Below are positions 24,299 to 36,824 of a stretch of 64,000 nucleotides of DNA, piece after piece. The stretch covers positions 50,036,001-50,100,000 of the forward strand of contig OZ076409.1 in assembly GCA_964187785.1 (NCBI GenBank). Reading direction: 5' to 3'. The first letter of the stretch is position 1. Every line of letters starts with the position of its first letter. The notes beneath the pieces were generated by a model. The model had not been told where the DNA came from, did not search any database, and saw only the letters and a program-made list of their open reading frames with translations. The position numbers and the translations under genes are program-made. The stretch comes from Amphiscolops sp. MND2022. Lineage: Eukaryota.

Positions 24299-25849
24299 AG
24301 AGAAAAAAATACATGCAATCAATACAATGTAGTTTACTCCGCCACATGCAACTATCATACCATCGAATTCTTCTAATTACTTTCCACCATTCAGTGACGA
24401 CTGATACTCACTGTCCTACATAATTTAGTTTACCGGCAGAGTAAAGTGTTACTCTCTACCGAGACAGCTGAGCGCGAAATTAAAAACATGTAATGTAGTC
24501 ATATACACCACATCACTCCAACCAGAAACTGTTAAGTACATGTAAAACACGTACAAACGAACTAGTAACTTATGCAATTCACGGAAATTTTCAACCACAC
24601 AAATTCAAAGGAATTGCTCTGCAATTCTACCCCCACCAACCCTGTATCAGTTAAACTAAACTGTTGTTAAACACGTCACAGTCCACAGTTGAGAATGTAA
24701 AAGAAACCGCTGACTCGTTTAAGTTACGTTGCCAGAATCTAGACTCACACTTCCGCCCTGACAAGCCATGATGTGGTTCGGATGTGTGGGTGCGTCATCA
24801 AAAGCGCGTCTGTGTGGTTGTGCAAACATTCAGATGAAGCTTGCTCTTTAGCAAGTGGATTCGGTGTTAGTTTTGTATGGGTTTTTGCGACGGCAAAAAC
24901 CTTCCCAATCAACGAAAACAAAAACACTTTCCCTGGACAGTAACATGCAGTCGTCACCCTCATTCGACTTTAAGTCGTGACGCTGTTGTTCTTACTGGTG
25001 ATCCGTAGGCTTCGCCTCGCGTCAGAAAGAACAACGGTACAAAATACATGTAGTCACTATCACCACATGACCGAAATTCGGAACAAGGGATGGATCACAT
25101 CACCCCTTGCCAAAAAATGTAACGGACATGGGGAAACCCATTTACCATTAAACTGACGTTAACATTTGACACACGTCACGAGTGATGACGTCTCGTGACA
25201 CACATCAGCGATGACGACGTCAGAACTAACGCTCATTTTTACAACTAAAATGATACATGTAAAGCGCAAAAAATGATTGACACCTTAGAAGGACACTTAA
25301 GCTCCTAAACACCCGTTAAAGCACACGCACTTAGAGTATATATAGCATGCAAGACCTTAGTTCGATCATTGGGAAGGAGCGGTGCAGCTCCGTTCATTCA
25401 CCTTGATGTAAACACAGGGCATCAATACCACTTTCCGAGACCTGTGGGTAAACCTCCGTGAATGAAACTCTGTCTTAAGTGGTGGCTACGCAAGTAACCA
25501 CCATGCAATCTCACTGGAACAAAAAACAACTCTACTCAGCTTCCTGACAAAATGAAACCAGCTAACGAAGCTCTCATGTAAAAAATTTGTATAACGTAGG
25601 CAACATGTCAATTAACCATCTGCTCATTCATAAAGTCTAAGATGAACCAAAAAATCAGTCAGCACTACTGAATGTATGTAAAACAACGCATGAAAAGCCC
25701 ACACATAAATCTTCAAGCATCTGATGCGAGGATAACACAAACAACAAAACAATAACAGGCAATACATACAAAACACAAAACCAAAACCAAAACCAATGCA
25801 AATTCATCAGCCAAAAGTTTGACAAGAACACATACAAAGTTTGATCTCT

Positions 25850-28800
25850 TTAGGACTCGTCAGAAGATTCGACTCTTGTAGTGCGTTTTCCCCGGCGACT
25901 AGGTTTAGTTAAACCGTCATCTGACAACTGATCCTCCTGATCGGCCGACCCACTAGCAACTACTGACAACACTAGGGTTTTGCCACTTTGAGGTTTCCCA
26001 CCAGTTCGACGTCCTATAGATGACGGTGTTCTCCTCCCACTGTTTCTGCGAGCGGCACCACGAGTCTTCGACGGTATGGCAGATTTAGAGATAGTAGACG
26101 CAACCACATTAGTATCCTTACTCGGCGTTTTTAATTTCACGTCGGACTGACTACGAGGCCTTTTAGACTTAGTTCCTGATCCTGAGGGCAGCGCAGTGAG
26201 TTTAGGAGAAGCACGGATAGGGCTAACTGCCATGACTTTCATCACATTCAGCTGTGCAAGTATAGTCAACCTGTACTCATCCACAACAGGCACTACAGGT
26301 ATCTCGGGTCCTTTGTCCAACAACGCCACGCAAAACGATAAGCTTTGATCTAACCCGACCTTCAGTAATTGGTCCCAGGGCTTGGCCCGAACACTATCGG
26401 ACAGACGAGAGACTTGCATGTCCGTCGTCTCAGCAATACGCGATAGGCCACGTAAATCACGGCGTGGTTTTCCATGAAGGAATGTCCGTACCAACTACGA
26501 ACTATGTGTAAGCTTGAAGCAAGTTCATCGGGGTCCAAAGCGGTAGCGACGTCATCAACAAAATCAGCTCGGTAACTACTGACAACAACCACACTGAACA
26601 TTAAGTCTACTATTTGGCGCAATTGAATACACCGACCCCAATGAGGATAAGAGAGCCACATAGCTATCACATCTTCTACAGCGGGAAGCTCTTCTGCAGA
26701 AAATGACCATCGCTTCTTAAAGAATTGCGTGACTTCTCTGTACTGCTGCTGTACTACACCGCTGTCATCCAAATCGACTAGTCCGTGGGCAGTCAAGACA
26801 GCACAAGTCTCCACTAATGAGTCCACACGACGATCATCCGAACCTTGGTGTATAAGCACTGGGTCAAAAGGTGTCAAACTCAGATGCTTCGGCCAGGTTC
26901 GTTGCCATAATCCACTTACCCCACGACACAAACCCACTAGCATCTTCTGTACTGCCTTGTAGAAGAAAGACAGTTGGGAACTGATGTCGTACCAGAAATA
27001 TTGCCCGAAGTGCATCTTGTACAAACGAGCATCGACATCCGCACAATCAGAGTCAATGACTTGAAGCAGGGCAGTAATCTCGTACTCTGCAGGAATGCTG
27101 GTAACTGGGTGAATGAACCTCATTGAGCCGCGCAGGAAGTGAGCTAGTTCCCTCTCCACAACAACGCCTTAGTCACGACCACGTCCACACAGTCGAGGAC
27201 AATGCTTCAAAACTGCAAACAAATTAAAGTACAATATTGACTTTAGTACCGAAAATGATTTCTCACTACTACCACGGAAAAGGTAACACACACACAAAAA
27301 AAGAGCGACTAGAAACTTCCTTTTAAAAATAAAAAAACACTGGGTTTTTTTTCTCCCCTTATGCAAATTGCTGATTCATACTCACTCAAATCCAAAACGA
27401 GCCGCAAGATAGCAAACCGAGGACGGATCATCGCGTCTTCGAACACCTGGACTTCCAGTGGAGTAATTGGTCGTAGTTCTGAGGTGACGTTTGGACGGTG
27501 CGTCCCGAAATACAACGATAAATCGTTCCAGTACTCCACAATTTCTGCACAGACTGATGCTAACTGAGTGATGTCCCCCCCACCGACGCGTACATACTAG
27601 AACAACAGAAATAAATTTGCGTTTCATAACCAACACCAAAACAACCGTTCAAATACATAAGCCTTATGCTACACTTTTCAACTACAAAACAAAGAAAAAA
27701 AGAGCAAAGGTTGGAAATAGCAATTTCAAAAATACTTGTACTACTTTATAACATATTCACCTGTCGTAACAATGGCAATCGATCCAAGAAGTTCTCCTGG
27801 ACTACAGGCAGCATTCTCACGCGGAAGTATTCCAATACACTGAGTGGGTGCAGTCCTGAAAATTCCACCCGGAATTGCCTCTGCACCTCATTGAAGACTG
27901 ACTTTGCCGTTAAGAGTTCAACCACGAGAGGCGTCTTGGGAGCTACCATGCCCGCCACTGCTCTCCCAACGTGTGTCTTTCCTTCGACCGCCACAGTTTT
28001 TAGCAATGTTCTGTCCTTCAGACAGGCAAGCAAGGGTATCACATTGCCCAGCATCCTCTTCTCCCATCCAGTTCCATCAGCCACAAGAGCGAGTACCACA
28101 GACTTCACACCATGATTGCCGATGATGTGAAGCTCGCCACGCCACTGCAATCCACTCCGACGAATGCTGACGCCAATACATGAACTCGCCTCCACAAGGG
28201 TATCCAACTGCTTCACAATGTACGGATAACACCCGTACACTACCAGACTCTAAATAACAAACAACGTCCTAAACGTAACGACATTAAAACTACAAACTAA
28301 CACATCATACATGATTTAGCAATGCAGCACGACTCTCTACATGTTGAGGAGATATTAACTAAAACAACCTGACAACGCGCGTAGTCCAGCGTCCGGCACT
28401 CGAAATGCAGTTCATTTGCCATGCAATTTGGCCCAGCATCCACTGAATGGAGAACCCCCTCGAAAGACCTCGTAACCAAGAAGCTGGATATGAAATTACT
28501 CAGCCACAGATAACCCACACAATTGTCCGCCAAATGTGGTCGCGCCCCTTTTGTTGCCTCAGCTTCTTCAATAGCCATGCGCTCTTCTACTGTCAAGTTC
28601 AGGTCCGTTTCCATAAAAACTGGCGGTTCCGTCGAACGAGCAAGTCTGATCCGGCGATCCTCATCTGCAGATACAGGCCTGCAGGACTTGTCTAGGAGCG
28701 GTCTGTGGGTCATTATCCGATATTTTTGCTCCAAACGGGTGTGCTCCACCCCCTTCCAAAGATCCCACAGAGATGAGATCCCGCGTCCAGCAATGCTTAG

Positions 28801-30253
28801 GTCCGCCCGGCATAGCAGACAACGAGCGTAACCATCAATCACTCTCTTGTTGCGGGGGAAACCAACGAAGGTCCCCACAACACTCGACACAAAAAAGGAA
28901 GGTTTCAGCGTTTTGATCTTCTTAGTACGCGCTGCAACAAACAAGTAAACCCGAACATGTTGGAAAAGCTTAAAAAAAACTTTTAACTCTTAGTATAGAG
29001 ATGTCTTTGTCAACACTAAAACCTTTCCCCCTTAACCCCCCCATGATCTTATGAGATTCTTACCAGGTGTAACACCAGTCGACTTCGCAACACTGGCTGG
29101 GCCGACCACAGCACTCTCGCCGAACAATGATGGCGCGACTGACTCCTGCAGACTGGCAACTGAGGGAGTCACAGGGACAACCGATCCAACTGACACCACA
29201 CCTGCAGGCAATGTCGGAGTCACAGGCACATCGTCTCCAGAGACGGCAACGCGCGAACCACTGACAGGTCTCAATTGCGATACTGCCGAAACCAATCGCT
29301 GAATGAAATCGTCCACACTACCGCGCCCACAGTGCCTAAACGACCCAGGGTGGATTCAACTGTTGCCTTGACAACACCAGCCAACTCCTTTTCCAACCGA
29401 GTAATCGCAGCCACTACAGTGTCGACACTCAAAGCGGAACCACTCGTAACACCTGGAATACATTACAAAGGGTAAACAATGCTGTTACCATACATACGTC
29501 ACCCCTAACAATAACCTCTCAGACAATACAACTATGTTAGTGAAACTCAAAGGACACCTGTCATACGGTATTACCAACAGAAGACTGCAACGATGCCTGT
29601 CCTACGCCATTATATACAGAAGATACCAAGCTGTACACTTACCACTCTGAGCGTAGCAGAAATCCCTGAGCCCAGATTCGCACGCACCCATGCTCGCTGC
29701 ATCAACTGACGGCTCAATGGACTGTAGCATCCGCCGTAACATGGCCACAATATCGTTCATATTCAAAGACTCTACAACAAAACGGGGACGTGTCTTAACA
29801 CCAACGTTTCAACCGTCTACCCAAGGTAATAATTACCGGGAAGAGCCTACAGAGTGCCGCTAGTTAATCATACCCTGCATTAACGATTCTATGCACGCAC
29901 GCACATTACCTTGATGAGCTTCGAAGGTAACCACAAATAATAAGTGCCTACCCTTATCAGAAGATTATCAATACAAAGAAGACAAATACATTTTTTTTGG
30001 AAGTACTCACGGAATTCACTGGAGAGTATGCTATTTCTAGTAATGTGGTAGCACCTTCCACATTGGCCTCATCTACTCGCCGAGCGAACTGACAACATAA
30101 CGGCCGAGTCGCACCCTCCAGTAATTCGTCCACTGATGCGACGAGCTCCTCCTCGTCCGACGAATGGTCCAAACTAGACAGCTCCGCTAACACTCCTTCC
30201 GCCACTTGTACTAATGATGAAACTTCTCCTTCCGATAATTCTTCAGCGGCCAT
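25850..30253 (-). pseudogene. Antisense multi-exon gene of element 2; zinc-finger, hAT-transposase-like protein (~1130 aa), slightly decayed
   Basis: Exons by GT-AG and phase matching: 30253-30011, 29771-29643, 29452-29064, 28931-28369, 28249-27761, 27596-27386, 27212-25850. The exon 1-2 link needs a small unresolved exon. Lesions: frameshifts near 29316 and 26490, TAA at 27169-27171. Motif CLLC-x16-L-x5-H. Confidence 0.75.
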
Positions 30254-31175
30254 TTTTAACAAACAATCAATAACAATCAAACAATAACTAATGTCAAAGC
30301 ATACAAACAATCTCTGGAACAAATTTGCGATCTACCAGGTTTCAGCAGCTATCGTTATACAGAATGAGGATTGATCACCCTTATCATCTGGGAATGATAG
30401 CCTACTACCCACGTCAAAGAGGAATTTGAGAAAATATTACTCGAAGCACACCCATTTCGACAACTCTACCAATCAAAGAACCACAAAGTTCGAATTTCAC
30501 AGATCGCTATATTTCTCCCGAGAAAGGAAAATTCAATGCACAAAATTTCCTAATGTACTTCCCCGCCTGAACGATTCGAAAATGACCATTTTGATTAGCT
30601 CACTTCCACCTGGTATACCGCTCAATAGCTTACAGCAATTCCAACTGACAACAACTCAATCGTGACGAAAGGTTTAATTCATTCACTCGGGTTTGGCATC
30701 GACGAAGATTTGTTTACAAAGCGCACAATATTTCCACTACCACTTACTTCCGAACAGTTACCGAATAAGCCGAGTAATTATGTCACGATGCCACGTAAGA
30801 TTGATTTCCGGCTACCTCACTCTACTCGAACTCGCTTACTGCAATCAACGCGCACAATTGGATGACGTGGCTACCCTCGCCACATCGACTCTATATTTAC
30901 TCTTTACTGAGGTGGAACTTTCAACACGCGACTAACATTTCCTTCCTCTTGCTTACCATATCGAGATGAAATAACAATCAATCCGACTATTGCCAGCTAG
31001 GAAGCCAACTTGTCACTGCCAACGTGGTTGCTATGGCAACATCACTGCTATCTTCAATCAACAAATATTACGAGTTCAAGTTTGCAAATTGGAAAGCAGC
31101 GTACAAACTATCTCACGATTAGAAGAGACTATGCACCATCCCCGATACATGTTCTTTTTCAAAAAAGACCCGGAG

Positions 31176-32202
31176 TGTCATGCCTGATGCATGAAAATAC
31201 AAACAGCGATGTAGATAACTATCCTACATACAAAGGTGAAGGAGTAAACCGACGAACTGAGAACGAACACTGAAGAAGAAAAGAAATGTAGTGAACCAAA
31301 CCACATCACAAAACTTGAACTCGAATTTACCAAATGCATCATCGTTATAAAATCTGCAAACAACTTTGCTATATTCACCCATATTTCATACATGTACTGC
31401 ATATACCTTGTAAACCAAACTCGCAACATTTTAGTTGGCTACGAAAGTAATGTAGGTGATGTACCGTCATCAGATTTTTCGTTTCAATATTATTAGTCAC
31501 GTGATTAACATATGCAATATCCATTCACTCATATGATGCTAGTAGTATAACCACATTATAATACCAAGTATTGAGTCATGTAACTATAGCAACGCAATTC
31601 AACGCAATTGCATTTTTGTTTCGGTGCTACGCAAAAATTGCGCAATTACCAACCAAGGTGTGAACGAACACTGAGATATGATTGGTTGATGTGGTCACGT
31701 GACCAACGTCGCCATAATTGACACCAGCCAATATAGTACCACCAGTAGATTTTGTGTAGTTATTACGTACAGTTGCTTACCACAATAGTGTTCGATATTG
31801 CAAAATTCGACATTTCCAACCTAATACTATCAACATTCAATAAAATCTTAAAACTCCATTTATTCTTCACAATGGTCAATACTCGTTCTCAAGTAAGAAG
31901 TTCTATCCCAGTGTTTATGAGCGGGATGGATCAGCATGACAGAAGTAGCGATACAGAAAGTGAATGTAGTGTACCTGAAGTCCTTTCTAGAGACCAAATT
32001 GATGAGTTAGACAATGGAAACCTTATCCGTACTGATAACAACTCAGAACAAAGATCGATTGATCAGCGCTTTTCAGACATGAATAAACAAATTAGCGATC
32101 TTACTGGATTAGTTCTGGCATTAACCGAAAAGTTATCCTCCAATGTTGGAGAAGGGAACAATCAGAGTACAGCGTCAGACAAGACCTGTGCACGTTCCGA
32201 CA
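31176..32202 (+). repeat. 3' LTR of element 2
   Basis: Copy of 17153-18180; preceded by a short purine-rich AAAAAAGACCCGGAG; followed by GGTGC. Confidence 0.97.
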
Positions 32203-32407
32203 GGTGCTACTTCAGAAAATCGTGAACTAACCGAGACAAATTTTTAAAATAAAAGTGTTTTGTAAAATTGAAACCATCAACGGACGAGAGATAAAAAGAT
32301 TTTAGCCTGAGACAAGTTACCATGTTCATGCTTACCAGAGATGTACGTTTAAGAATTCAAAATTTGCTATATGTGTTTTGTGATTGACCTATCTGCTTTT
32401 TTAGATA

Positions 32408-33266
32408 TTTTTAGTCGGCGCTTCATGAAGAGAAACGCGAGTATACGAGTGACTTTTTTTCAATCCACACGAACTGACCAAAATAGTTCTACCAAAAGGT
32501 CCACAAAATCTTAAGGGGCCAAATTGTACCATTTGGCTCAGGGAACTGAACTAGAAGAAATCTTCCTTTTTAGCGTATCATACAATACCGGACCAGACTA
32601 AAGAGTCCCCTTTCAAGTTTTTTTCGGCACTGTGAAAGTTTTCGAAACTTTTTAAATGTTTCCGAAGGGTTCCCCTTCAATTTTTTAAAATTTTGCAACA
32701 CAGTGGATAGTAAAAAATTCCAAAGTGTCCCTTTTACATTTTACGGCAATATGAGTCTATTTAAAAATTCTCATTATTCGTCTGAAAACATCTATTTCGG
32801 TTTTAATATCTCCAAACGATCCCCTGCCCTGTTAATTTTTTTTTATTATTTTGCCCTTTTTTCTATAAATTTCCACCTAAACGTTTATTTCAATACTATC
32901 CGAATTTTTGTTATATCCGAAATAAGTTGGAACTCACTAAAGAGGCGAGTAGGTTAGAAAATATTGCGCTATATCCAAAATTTTGACGTTGTATCCGAAT
33001 TAGATTGCATTTCTCTGAGGGGACGCGAAGGTTCGAAAACAATCACTCCCACTTGTTGCTACATTCTAATTACCCCTAAATTGAAGGAAGGTTGTGATGA
33101 AGCGAAGGACTTCGCGCAAAAAACCGTGCGCGGGTCCTTTGTCCAGCAGTCCAGCCCTATTTTTGGGTTTTTGGGTACTGAGGAGAGAATAATTGAAGCT
33201 TCTTTGAAGTCCTTTTGCTATTTTTGATCTTTAAGCGGGCGCCGCTTATGCCGTTCCTGGCTTTTT
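32408..33266 (+). mobile_element. Non-autonomous interspersed repeat (HINE/Helentron-like family), degenerate copy
   Basis: Starts TTTTTAGTCGGCG, has internal G(G)TCCCCTTTC units, ends GGCGCCGCTTATGCCGTTCCTGGCTT; same terminal motifs as copies at 34375 and 36184. Confidence 0.45.
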
Positions 33267-33324
33267 ACTTTTACTGTTTCTGAATTGTGAAGTGTAAGGT
33301 TATGTAACTTTTACCTACACTCAC

Positions 33325-33371
33325 CGGTCAGTGCAAGCGTAACATCACTAGTCGGTTCCGAAAAGAAATCC
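33325..33371 (-). CDS. Candidate upstream 47-nt exon of the LDLa/lectin host gene
   Basis: Acceptor TTTTTGCAG, donor GTGAGT, open reading (DFFSEPTSDVTLALT) ending in phase 1, compatible with the LDLa exon at 17068. Confidence 0.4.
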
Positions 33372-33419
33372 CTGCAAAAATGTAAATAAGGTTCCAGAGT
33401 TTTTGAAGAACACGCTAGT

Positions 33420-34150
33420 CCCTAGTCTGAGAGAAAATGAAATCTTTCACTTACCTTGTAAGTTTCTTACGAAAAATGTTATTCTTGCAAGTTTCTTGCA
33501 AGCCGATGCCAGTCTTGCAAGAATCTTGCAAGATAATGCAAACCTTGCAAGATGATAAATTAGAATGCCAGTCTTGCAAGAATCTTGCAAGACAATGCAA
33601 GTCTTGCAAACCAATAAATTAGAAATTTGCAAGACATCACAGTTATGATAACGTAGGATATCAGGACGCATTACTAAAATCACACTTCTAGAGATATAAT
33701 TTTTCTAGAGTTTGCATTTTTGGGTCCTTCACAGTTTAAGAAATGACACTCCGTATCTATCTAGCCGTCGTCATTGAGTCAATAATAAATTGACAAAACA
33801 GAGGTGATTTAAGCCAGATTTTCGTCTAGCAACATATTAACATCCTATTTAAAAACATTCTGGAAGAAAATGTCTGGAATCGCTTTTTTGATAGCAAGAG
33901 ATTAGAGACTAGTGGAGTTGATACTAAGGTGATGTTCAATGGAATTAAAGGTTCTTCGGGTTCTTCCGACACCTCTTAGTTTAAGTTGAAGCATGGAAAT
34001 ATCTTGAAAGGTTGATACTTTCCTAGCAAGTCTTACAAAATGTCAATTCATTTCTTGCGAAAATCTTGCAAGAATAATGCATTGACTCGCAAGATCTTGC
34101 AAAACGTCTTGCAAGATATTTTCAAGAATTAAATTTTTTTCAACCTAGGG
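33420..34150. mobile_element. MITE-like element with imperfect terminal inverted repeats and subterminal CTTGCAAG arrays
   Basis: Left CCCTAGTCTGAGAGAAAATGAAATCTT versus reverse complement of right end CCCTAGGTTGAAAAAAATTTAATTCTT; many palindromic CTTGCAAG units near both ends; no ORF. Confidence 0.6.
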
Positions 34151-34374
34151 GTTTGAAAACAACTGGCAACTGGCTCGTTATTATCAGCAGTAACTGACTG
34201 GAATAGGATGACATCACTGAGACCGGCCCTCCTTAACGGGACTTGAAAGAGGAAATTGGGTTCTGTCTGTACAATGATTACGCTTTCGTCCCTATCATCT
34301 AAAAGTTCTAAGTGCCTTTGATGCTGAATATTCAAAATGCCTACTTTCACATTCTCGAACACATTTCTAATAGA

Positions 34375-34776
34375 AACAAGACGGGAACGTCTAAAGGCTC
34401 AAAACTTGCAAGTTTTTATAATTGTGAAAGGGGGACCCTCTGAGCTTTTCGAAGGTCCAGTTTGTTGCAAAATATCAAAACATTTGAAGGGGGACTCTTT
34501 GGGAACAAAAACATTCAAAAAAAGTCGCGAAGCACGGAAAAAAATTCAAAGGGGGACCCTATAGTCCCCTCCGGTTTTGTATCTTACGTTAAAAATTGAG
34601 TACATGAAAGAGGTGACCTTTTGCACCAACTTAGATGCGTTTCCGCTTGACGCTCCAGTAGTTTAGTGGTTCCGTAAAAAGTTTCCACTACGCATTTATT
34701 CTGTTGTCTGATGAAAAAAAACTAGTCACTATAATTGTCGGTTTTTTCCTTTTAAAGGAAAAGTTGCCGACTAAAA
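34375..34776 (-). mobile_element. HINE/Helentron-like repeat, reverse copy
   Basis: AACAAGACGGGAACGTCTAAAG is the reverse complement of the 36803-36824 end; GCCGACTAAAA is the reverse complement of the family start. Confidence 0.5.
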
Positions 34777-36183
34777 CTGAGGAAGAAAAAATCACGCGCA
34801 TAAAAAATACGAACAGGTGGATTCGTAAATAAATGAAAGCAATTGATTTCGTAAAATAATTAAGCTAACTATTATATAAAGCGAGAGCCAGAGTGGCAAT
34901 GCGGTGTTTTCGTAACCTGCTACAAGAAAACATAACCTGCTACATGTTTTCGTAACCTGCTACAAGAAAATATAGTACACCTCTTTTCCATGAATATTGA
35001 ACTTCTTATAAATCTTTCTGTTCTGTGCGGTGTTATATGTAATGCTGGAACGTCTGGTACTAGCTTATCAACTTGTTTTGTAATTTATACGCCCATTGGG
35101 CAATAAATTAATAATGATAAATTGTTTTCTTTCTTTCAGCAGCAACAGAGTCGCACCGAGGAAGTGACGGCAAAATCCTACTCAAAGAACATCTTTTTGC
35201 GAACTCAAAACCAATTCAAAGCTTTTTTGTGTGAAAACTGAGATTATCACAGTAAGTAAGTTATTTATTCATTCAGTAAATTTTTAAAAGGTACCAGAAA
35301 AAAGTTCCAGACTGTTACAGTGGCTTCGTAAGTAGTTTCATTTTGTGGTAGAGCAACGCATCTAGCAACACAGTTTACCACGCTAGACGGTAGAAAAACG
35401 CTTCGGGATTTTTGGAAATAGATATCTTTCGAATTTTTTATATCACCAAAATAACGACTCTTTTGATTTTTTGTTTTCCATTAATGAAAAACAAACGAAA
35501 TCCACTTCAAATATTTTTCTTTGCGCTTTTTGAATTTTATAAAAGAGCCACTTGACTGTAATTGACAACTGCAGATTTTGGAAGGATTCGTCGAGACATT
35601 TCACAAGTTCTCCGTCAGGAAAAAGGAATTCAATGAGAAGCGCCAATTCCACACCCCCTATCCAAGACGTAAGAAACATCGACAGAAAGCACTATATGCA
35701 AGCGATTCGTATAGGTTGTGATCAAATTACGTTACCTAAGGTACAAAAAATGAAATAGTCGCCAACATAGTTCGGAAAGTACAAAAAAGTTGACAAGTTA
35801 TAAATTTGAAATCCTACTTTTTGCCAAGCCGTGGGTGAAAAAAACACAAAAACAAAATGTGCAATGCTTGAAAGATAAAAGTTTTCCCCTTCTGTATAAT
35901 TTTGAATTCATAAAAATGTTTTGTGAAAAACTAAAGTTAAAAAGATTCTCTAAGAAGACATGATTACAATTTTCTTTGAAGAAAACAAGATTTTGTCTTC
36001 ACCTGGGCATTGATATCGGGCATTAATGTTTCTCGAAGCACGCAATATGCCCTACACAAGTTTTAATAAATTTTCTTTTCATTTTCGGAACCGCTAATTT
36101 TAGTCAAGAGCCTCGTGTTCACCGGAGAAACGAAACAAAAAGAATTATTATTCTCCAAGAGACCAAGTTTTCCCACTTTGATA

Positions 36184-36824
36184 TTTTAGTCGGCGTTTTT
36201 AGTCGGCGCATTTTCCTTTAAGGAAAAAAGCCCGACTATTACAGTGGCTAGTTTTTTTTCTTTTTTTTTCGTCAGACCACAGAGCTCATCGCGTATGTAC
36301 CACTTTTTACAGAAACTCAGGCCAAGTTCGACCAATGCAAACTTACTGCAAAGGGTCCCCCCTTTCGTTTTTTACCTTTTTTACGTAACCTACAAAACCG
36401 GAAGACTCCAAAGGGTCCCCCCTTTCAATTTTTTTTCGGCACTGTGCGAATTTTTTTTTCGAAAATTTTTAATTTTTCAAAAGAGTCCCCCCTTCGGATT
36501 TTTTGATATTTTGCAACAAAAAGTATGTTAATGAATCCCAAAGGGTCCCCCCTTTTCATTTTTCGGCACTATGCGACGTTTTCGAAGTTTTCTCAAAAAA
36601 AAATTTTCAAAAGAAATTTTTTCAAAAAAATTTTCAATTTTTTTTTTGTTTCCAGTCGAGTCGGGAAAAGTGATTTTCCAGTCATATCGAGCATGCAAGG
36701 CACACTTTGGGTGTCTCGAAAGTGTTTTCAAAGCTTTTCATGAATACATCCTGGGCATATTTAGAAAACTCTGAGCTTTTTGAGCCTTAGATATAGCGCC
36801 GACTTTAGACGTTCCCGTCTTGTT
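36184..36824 (+). mobile_element. HINE/Helentron-like non-autonomous repeat
   Basis: 5' TTTTAGTCGGCG and 3' subterminal inverted CGCCGACT (36797-36804), end CCCGTCTTGTT, internal AAAGGGTCCCCCCTTT units. Confidence 0.55.

Larger units (their letters stand above)
17153..32202 (+). mobile_element. Element 2: full-length (15.05 kb) Ty3/Gypsy LTR retrotransposon with antisense spliced gene
   Basis: Paired TG..CA LTRs, 5-bp duplication GGTGC at 17148-17152 and 32203-32207, PBS, gag and pol. Confidence 0.97.

Noticed and set aside
25370..25510. Hammerhead ribozyme or tRNA
   Set aside because: No CUGANGA core paired with GAAA in the right geometry and no cloverleaf or T-loop motif.
34129..34362. 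77-aa minus ORF as another host exon
   Set aside because: The only apparent donor falls in the MITE terminal repeat and is weak; no domain signal.
35139..35251. Plus-strand exon-like segment (TTTCAG..GTAAGT)
   Set aside because: No partner exons or coding evidence found.
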